A DNA stretch of 10,950 bases from Candidatus Micrarchaeaceae archaeon (GTDB lineage Archaea > Micrarchaeota > Micrarchaeia > Micrarchaeales > Micrarchaeaceae), in assembly GCA_050013715.1 (NCBI GenBank), contig JBEKES010000030.1, positions 1-10,950 of the forward strand, given 5' to 3'. The notes beneath the pieces are model-generated. The model searched no databases. It was given only the letters and a program-made list of their open reading frames with translations, and was not told the DNA's origin. Made by a program: the position numbers and the translations under genes. How positions within the stretch are numbered: position 1 is the first letter of the stretch; every line of letters starts with the position of its first letter. Shown piece after piece: positions 5,685-10,950 of the stretch.

Positions 5685-8120
5685 TTATATTTTTACATCA
5701 ATTGAATACTTGCCTTTAGAAATTTCTACCTTCTTGGCTTTGCATATCTGCATAAGCTCCTCTTTAGAGGACAAGGTTACTTTATAATATTCTTCAGGAA
5801 CATTTATATTAATAGAGGTTATTTCGTAGTTAAGCGCCTTCTTTTCCTTGGCCTTTGCCTTCCTCACATCGCTTATTATGGCATTGAGGAATGCTCCGGA
5901 ATTGGCATAATCCACATCTACCACTGCGCTTTTGAATACAAGACCATTTATCGAATAACTATTTGAAGGAATTTTCTCTGTAAATGTCGGGAATTTTTCA
6001 TCGAAAATGCTGCGTTTGCTATCTGTGCTGTTGATCTCCTCACATACAAAAGGTATTACCGGCGCGAAGAACTTGAGAGATGTGTCAAGCACGTGCTTTA
6101 GAGTGAATAACGCAGCGCCTTTGCTGTCGTACATTTTTTTATCTTCAGAATATACTCTATGCTTCACATTCTCGATGTAATAATCGGCAAACTCATGCCA
6201 GTAGAAGTTTATTGCATTGCTCATTGCAGCATACAAGGTAAATTCATCATAGGCTTCCGTAACTTCCTTGGTTACTTCATTCAATCTGTTCAATATCCAT
6301 ATATCAAAGATATTGAGGTTCTTATGCGGCTCTTCTCTAGGTACCTTGCCCTTTTCAAGTGCCATGTTTACGAAATTCGCCGAATTATAAAGCTTGTTTA
6401 TGAAGCTTTTTGCGTAGTCCATTTCTGCATAGGAAAAGGCCTTGTCCTTTCCGATTCCTCCACTTAATGCAACCCACAATCTTACCGTATCTACTGAATA
6501 CTTCGGAATCAGATTGTTGAGATATATTCCGTTTCCGAATCTTTTGTGCATTTCCTTGCCGTCAATTCCCAGTATCATGCCATGTACTATTATGTTTTCA
6601 AATGGCTTGTTTCCTCCTACAAAATAGCTTCTGTATATGGTATAGAATGCCCATGTCCTTATGATGTCTGTGCCTTGTATTCTAACGCTGTTGGGGAATG
6701 CCTTTTCCAGCATTTTCTTATTGTCGGGCCATCCGGCAATTATCAATGGCGTTATTGAAGAATCTACCCAATTGTCTATTGTTTCCATGGTTCCTATTAT
6801 CTTTCCATCGCATTTGGGGCATTTGTCTGTTTCTGGTTTTTTCTTGCTTGTATCAATTGGCAAGTCCTTTTCATTCGGAGCTATTATGTAATCACATTTC
6901 TGGCAGCTCCAGAAAGGCATGGGTGTACCAAATATTCTGTTTCTTGTTATGTTCCAGTCCCATTCTATGAAGTTTGCCCAGTCGTATAATCTTTGCTTTG
7001 TAAAATCTGGATACCATTTTATCTCATTTGCGAGCTGTTTTATTTTATCGGAGTGCTCTTTTATCTTTAGGAACCACTGCTTTGCCATTATGTACTCGAT
7101 TCTTGTATTGCACCTGTCATGCACCTTTACCGTATGCTTTATCTTTTCCTGCTTTAGCAAAAGCTTCTGCTTCCTAAGCTCGTCTATTATTGCATCCCTT
7201 GCTTTATCAACATAAAGTCCTGTGAATGAACCAGCATTTTTGAGTATTCCTTTCTCGTCCATTGCTTCAATGTACTTCAGCCTGTGCTTTATGTACATTT
7301 CTATGTCTGCCTTGTCTCCAAAAGTGCAGACCATTTCCGCTCCAGTTCCAAAAGTAGGGTCTACGTTCTCATCCGTAATTAATTCAACTGTCAAATCAAA
7401 TATCGGTATTTTGATTTTCTTGCCAGCGAGCCCTTCAAATCTATCATCTTTCGGATTTATTGCAACTGCAACGCAGGCATGTAACATTTCTGGCCTTGTT
7501 GTTGCTATGGTTAATGTTTTGCCCTTCGAGCCAGAAATTTCAAATTCAATATAATTAAGATAACTTTCTTCCTCTCTTTCTTCGCTTTCCGGATTTCCTA
7601 TGCCGCTTGTGTCCTTTACGCACCACATTACCGGATGCGACGCCTTATACAGCATATCTTTCTTGTACATCTCCAGAAGAGATAGCTGAACCTTTTTCAC
7701 ATAATCATCTGAAGTTGTCCTGTATTCATATCTATTATCAAAAGTAGAACCAAGTTGAAGCATCTGCTCCTTCATATTTTTTATATTGCTGCTTGAAAGC
7801 TCTTCACACTTTTTGTAAAACTCTTCCCGACTCATATTCTTTCCATATTTTTTTTCTACAGCTATTTCTGTTGGAAAGCCATGGGCATCCCAACCTTGGG
7901 GATACAGCACATTGAAATTCTTCATTTTCTTGTAGCGTGCTATAATGTCTATGTAACATACCCAGAATACCTGGCCCATGTGCAATTCTCCATTGGTAAA
8001 AGGAGGAGGAGTATCTATTACGAAAAGTTGCTTGTTGCTTTCCTTATCATCAAATAGGAATGTTTTCTTCTCTGTCCAATGCGTTTTCCACTTTTCCTCT
8101 ATAATACTTGCATCATACAT
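5685..8120 (-). CDS. valS: Valyl-tRNA synthetase, archaeal type, with variant signature motifs
   Basis: IDTPPPFTNGELHMGQ, GWDAHGFPTE, editing domain ATTRPE and FGTGAEMVCTFGD, QWF, DWNITRNRIFGTPMP, QGTDIIRTW, NKLYN and FYWHEFADYYIE. ATG at 8118-8120 with AAGGTG SD is preferred over GTG 8126. Confidence 0.93.
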   Translation of the reverse strand: MYDASIIEEKWKTHWTEKKTFLFDDKESNKQLFVIDTPPPFTNGELHMGQVFWVCYIDIIARYKKMKNFNVLYPQGWDAHGFPTEIAVEKKYGKNMSREEFYKKCEELSSSNIKNMKEQMLQLGSTFDNRYEYRTTSDDYVKKVQLSLLEMYKKDMLYKASHPVMWCVKDTSGIGNPESEEREEESYLNYIEFEISGSKGKTLTIATTRPEMLHACVAVAINPKDDRFEGLAGKKIKIPIFDLTVELITDENVDPTFGTGAEMVCTFGDKADIEMYIKHRLKYIEAMDEKGILKNAGSFTGLYVDKARDAIIDELRKQKLLLKQEKIKHTVKVHDRCNTRIEYIMAKQWFLKIKEHSDKIKQLANEIKWYPDFTKQRLYDWANFIEWDWNITRNRIFGTPMPFWSCQKCDYIIAPNEKDLPIDTSKKKPETDKCPKCDGKIIGTMETIDNWVDSSITPLIIAGWPDNKKMLEKAFPNSVRIQGTDIIRTWAFYTIYRSYFVGGNKPFENIIVHGMILGIDGKEMHKRFGNGIYLNNLIPKYSVDTVRLWVALSGGIGKDKAFSYAEMDYAKSFINKLYNSANFVNMALEKGKVPREEPHKNLNIFDIWILNRLNEVTKEVTEAYDEFTLYAAMSNAINFYWHEFADYYIENVKHRVYSEDKKMYDSKGAALFTLKHVLDTSLKFFAPVIPFVCEEINSTDSKRSIFDEKFPTFTEKIPSNSYSINGLVFKSAVVDVDYANSGAFLNAIISDVRKAKAKEKKALNYEITSININVPEEYYKVTLSSKEELMQICKAKKVEISKGKYSIDVKI

Positions 8121-8160
8121 TGGCACACCTTTGCAATAGTTGCAAGGCTAACATTGAATA

Positions 8161-8219
8161 TTATGTAAATAAAATATAAAAATAAAACTAAAAAATAAAA
8201 TAAAAAATAGTTTTAGTTA
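8161..8219 (-). terminator. Oligo-T-rich intrinsic terminator of the TRAM gene; may also contain the valS TATA box
   Basis: Directly after the TRAM stop, the minus strand reads TAAAACTATTTTTTATTTTATTTTTTAGTTTTATTTTTATATTTT. It has several T-runs and an 8-bp inverted repeat (8183-8190 / 8208-8215). Confidence 0.55.
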
Positions 8220-8522
8220 TTAGGCTACTACTTCTCCGATGGCGAATCTAGCCTTAACGTCAGTGATTCTTACCTTTACAGTTTCGCCTTCCTTAGCGCC
8301 CTTTATAAAGATTACAAATCCGTCCTTTTTAGCTATTCCGTCGCCTTTAGATGCAACAGCTTCTATCTTAACTTCTACTTCATCGCCGACTTTTACAGGT
8401 TTTGGCAAGAAATAATTCGGATTCATGTTCATTCCGCGTCCGCCTCCTCGGCCTCCTCCGCTTCTGCCACCATGTCCGTGTCCTTCGCTTCTATCTCCAT
8501 AGTTTCCTTCTTCATCTCTCAT
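8220..8522 (-). CDS. Single TRAM-domain RNA-binding protein with an N-terminal RGG/Gly-rich tail (archaeal cold-shock-type RNA chaperone)
   Basis: PKPVKVGDEVEVKIEAVASKGDGIAKKDGFVIFIKGAKEGETVKVRITDVKARFAIGEV is a canonical stand-alone TRAM domain, preceded by GGRSGGGRGGGRG. Confidence 0.93.
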   Translation of the reverse strand: MRDEEGNYGDRSEGHGHGGRSGGGRGGGRGMNMNPNYFLPKPVKVGDEVEVKIEAVASKGDGIAKKDGFVIFIKGAKEGETVKVRITDVKARFAIGEVVA

Positions 8523-8575
8523 TTCATCTATTTTCTCATACGTAGAATTAGCTGTAACGCCTTACTCCGTATATG

Positions 8576-8591
8576 TAATAAAGCTTTATTA
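8576..8591. promoter_or_regulatory. Perfect 16-bp palindrome TAATAAAGCTTTATTA, candidate operator
   Basis: Equal to its own reverse complement; starts 6 nt downstream of the predicted TATA box of the TRAM gene. Confidence 0.5.
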
Positions 8592-8597
8592 TTTAGA

Positions 8598-8611
8598 TTT
8601 AAAAACCTTTC
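8598..8611 (-). promoter_or_regulatory. Archaeal BRE-TATA promoter of the TRAM gene
   Basis: Minus strand reads GAAAGG-TTTTTAAA (purine-rich BRE followed by TTTTTAAA). This predicts a transcription start near 8575 and a leader of about 50 nt. Confidence 0.65.
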
Positions 8612-8672
8612 TGTTCTCTTCATATTCAATCCAATCCATGAGACAGAAGTAATATATATTATATCAAAGTGA

Positions 8673-8795
8673 TCTGATGCGTTAAACAAATCTGTAAAAG
8701 ATGTTATAGAAGAAAATAGTGAAGGCCCAGCAAGGATATTACTTAGAATAGCTGGTTTAAATGAAGTAAAGGAACAACCTTTTATTGCAGATTAA
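8673..8795 (+). pseudogene. Probable 3' remnant of a protein-coding gene
   Basis: 40 sense codons (SDALNKSVKDVIEENSEGPARILLRIAGLNEVKEQPFIAD*) with no ATG, GTG or TTG start. Its TAA overlaps the convergent HAD stop within the TTAA at 8792-8795. Confidence 0.4.
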
Positions 8796-9433
8796 ATTGC
8801 TTTACCTAATTCCTCAACACTTCTAAATATATAATCTGGACTAGTGCTTTTCAATGTATGGTAGCTATCGAACCCATCTGCAACCGCGCACGAATTCATA
8901 TGAGCAAGCCTTGCTGTTACAATGTCATCAACCATATCTCCTATGTAAATTGCCTTTTCAGGTTTTACTTTCAAAGATTTTAGTATCATCTTCAACCCGG
9001 TTGGGTTTGGCTTCAATATGTTGATGTCCCTTGCGCTTATTATGGAATCGAAATACTTGTCTATGCCTAGATACTTTACCTCTCTTATTATTCTTGCGCT
9101 CCTTCCATTTGTGAACAATGCAATCTTCTTGTTTTTCTTCCTTAGTTTTTTTAAGAGATCTACAGAATCATTATGCAATTTCGGCCTGCTGAAATTTAGT
9201 AGTATTTCGAACAGAAATGTCTGAATGTTGTTCTTCCGTTCTTCACTATCTAACTTTTTCTTCAGATCAAAATCAACGCTCCTAAAGTCTTTTATGCTGC
9301 TGTCCTTGTTCCATATCCCAAGGCTTCTTCTAACTGCTTCGTTGATTCGAAGGGTAAGCCTCATGCTGTTTAGAGTGCCGTCCCAGTCAAATATGAAAAG
9401 CTCAATGTTTCCCAATGATTTGTTGTCCTTCAA
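8792..9433 (-). CDS. HAD-superfamily hydrolase, subfamily IA (phosphoglycolate phosphatase-like)
   Basis: Motif I FIFDWDGTL, motif II FTNG, motif III KPNP, motif IV YIGDMVDD. The likely start is TTG at 9431-9433, just after the leuS stop, rather than 9508, which overlaps leuS. Confidence 0.9.
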   Translation of the reverse strand: MKDNKSLGNIELFIFDWDGTLNSMRLTLRINEAVRRSLGIWNKDSSIKDFRSVDFDLKKKLDSEERKNNIQTFLFEILLNFSRPKLHNDSVDLLKKLRKKNKKIALFTNGRSARIIREVKYLGIDKYFDSIISARDINILKPNPTGLKMILKSLKVKPEKAIYIGDMVDDIVTARLAHMNSCAVADGFDSYHTLKSTSPDYIFRSVEELGKAI

Positions 9434-9437
9434 TCCA

Positions 9438-10950
9438 TTAACCCCAAATAATATCAATGCTAGGCTTTCCAGGAAGAGCCCTCTTTGCTCGCTCCGACTT
9501 TGATTCATGCTCTTTTTCTATGTCAACCTGTGCATTGAACTTTGATCCTATGTAATCCTTTGCCTCCACAAATGCCTTTATGAGAAGATCGGTGTCCTTG
9601 TTTTTCAGCTCGATCAGCGTGTTTATCTTCTTGCTGTATTGGGTTACGAACTGCGCAACAGAAGACCTGTCCAATTCCTTGAATTCCTCGCTTCCCAATG
9701 TTACGCTTATGCTTTTTGTTTCTGCGAGCTTGCTGTAAACTTTCAGTTTCCAGTCCTCAGCTATTATTATTTTTATTCCTTTCACTGATTTGCCCTTGCT
9801 GGATGGTATTTTTGATGTTAGCTCAATGCTCTGCTTTATGTCGTTCATTGTGTTGTCTATCGTGTCTTCTACCGATTCCTCTTCCATGTTTATCATGTCC
9901 TCGCTTGCCTCGGGCCATCTCTCCTGCGCAACAAGATTTGTCTTGCCTATCAAACTCCAGAACTCTTCAGAAACATGGGGCATTGCGGGTGAAAGCATAA
10001 GTACAAAATTCTCAAGGAATTCCCTTAAAACTACTTCGTTGTCTCCTCCTCTTTCGTTGTACTTCTTCAATTCATTTATCGAATTGTAGAATATTTCCGT
10101 ATAGGCGCCTTTCAGGTTCACATTTTCCATGTAAACCGTTGCCATCTTTATCTTTGAATTCAGTTTTGAGTACAGCCAATAGTCTATGTGCGACAATTCC
10201 TTGCTTTTGAGCTCTGGCAGCGAGAATATCTGCTTGTAGAGGAACTCATTCCTTGAGCTTACGCTGTTTATGCCTTCGATGCTGAATTCTGTTGTCGTGT
10301 CTAAATCTGCTCCTGTGATCTCTATGAATCTTAACGGATCCGATCCGTATTTCTCGACTCCATCAATCAATGGTATGATGTTACCAAGGCTCTTGCTCAT
10401 CTTTTCCCCTTCATAGTTTACCAATCCATTAACAACTATCTGCTTTGGAAGATATGGTTGATCCAGCAAAGCAACATGGTTGAATATGTACATCGTTAAA
10501 TGATTTGGTATCAAGTCTGGAGCAGAGTGCCTTGACGTATTGGAATACCAGTAATCGAACGATTCCTTGCATTTGATTATAACCGGTTCGCTGATACTCG
10601 TTGATTCTGAAATTTTCTTGAGGTCTCCAAATGAAGTTATTACATAGTCGAAAAATTCTGGCTTCAATTGCTCTGGAGTTATCTTTTCGTTTCTGAGTAT
10701 GTGCACAAACGTATAGAAGCACATGTAGAGCGTTGAATCCGAAAGTGACTCTATTACGTAATTGGTGTCAAACGGGAATTTTGTGCCTAATCCTTGGGAT
10801 CTTTCTGCTGCTCTAACATTAATCCATTCAACTACATTCTCAAAAGTAAGTCTTAATTTTTCAGGGTATATCTTTATTTTCTTTAATGCTCTTCTTACAT
10901 TTTCTTTCCATTCCTCATCGCCGTAGTTTATGAACCATTGGTCTGATACG
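9438..10950 (-). CDS. leuS: Leucyl-tRNA synthetase, archaeal type, 3' part; starts beyond the right edge
   Basis: The frame extends past the tracked ORF to the window edge: VSDQWFINYGDEEWK...GLGTKFPFD...IESLSDSTLYM. It continues with DLIPNHLT, KMSKSLGN, PAMPHVSEEFW and the C-terminal ALPGKPSI. Confidence 0.96.
   Translation of the reverse strand, partial: VSDQWFINYGDEEWKENVRRALKKIKIYPEKLRLTFENVVEWINVRAAERSQGLGTKFPFDTNYVIESLSDSTLYMCFYTFVHILRNEKITPEQLKPEFFDYVITSFGDLKKISESTSISEPVIIKCKESFDYWYSNTSRHSAPDLIPNHLTMYIFNHVALLDQPYLPKQIVVNGLVNYEGEKMSKSLGNIIPLIDGVEKYGSDPLRFIEITGADLDTTTEFSIEGINSVSSRNEFLYKQIFSLPELKSKELSHIDYWLYSKLNSKIKMATVYMENVNLKGAYTEIFYNSINELKKYNERGGDNEVVLREFLENFVLMLSPAMPHVSEEFWSLIGKTNLVAQERWPEASEDMINMEEESVEDTIDNTMNDIKQSIELTSKIPSSKGKSVKGIKIIIAEDWKLKVYSKLAETKSISVTLGSEEFKELDRSSVAQFVTQYSKKINTLIELKNKDTDLLIKAFVEAKDYIGSKFNAQVDIEKEHESKSERAKRALPGKPSIDIIWG

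Noticed and set aside
8161..8219. A/T tract repeats as a CRISPR array or mobile-element end
   Set aside because: Low-complexity sequence with no repeat-spacer period and no transposase nearby; better explained as a terminator.
8651..8660. AATATATATT palindrome
   Set aside because: A short pure-AT dinucleotide run expected by chance, with no gene start at promoter distance.
8472..8672. 66-aa plus-strand ORF as a real gene
   Set aside because: It starts inside the TRAM gene on the opposite strand and runs through its promoter. Only the last ~20 codons may belong to the remnant reported above.
4687..10722. Short ORFs antisense or out of frame to rps3ae, valS, HAD and leuS
   Set aside because: Typical shadow ORFs of conserved genes.

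Overview
Gene-dense archaeal chromosomal window. The eS1/uS15 ribosomal proteins, archaeal-type ValRS and LeuRS, and GGTG-type SD sites show it is archaeal. Compactness and divergence suggest a DPANN lineage such as Micrarchaeota, which is inference only. The minus strand carries, in transcription order: the 3' part of leuS, a HAD hydrolase, an RGG+TRAM RNA-binding protein, valS, rps15 and rps3ae. At the left end it also carries a 72-aa membrane protein and the 5' part of a type IA topoisomerase that the ORF track missed. A plus-strand block encodes two small ArnE/ArnF-like DMT/SMR membrane proteins, a 123-aa unknown, a divergent dihydroorotase and a class 2 (quinone-type) dihydroorotate dehydrogenase. 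I see no RNA genes, CRISPR array or mobile element, and no clear evidence of a wholly new multi-gene system. The best leads are: a ValRS with both class I signature motifs altered (HMGQ, EMHKR); the atypical pyrC-pyrD pair; a TRAM gene control region with a perfect 16-bp palindrome just downstream of its TATA box plus micro-uORFs; a probable gene remnant; and the absence of the GAN/Pcc1 genes between rps15 and rps3ae.
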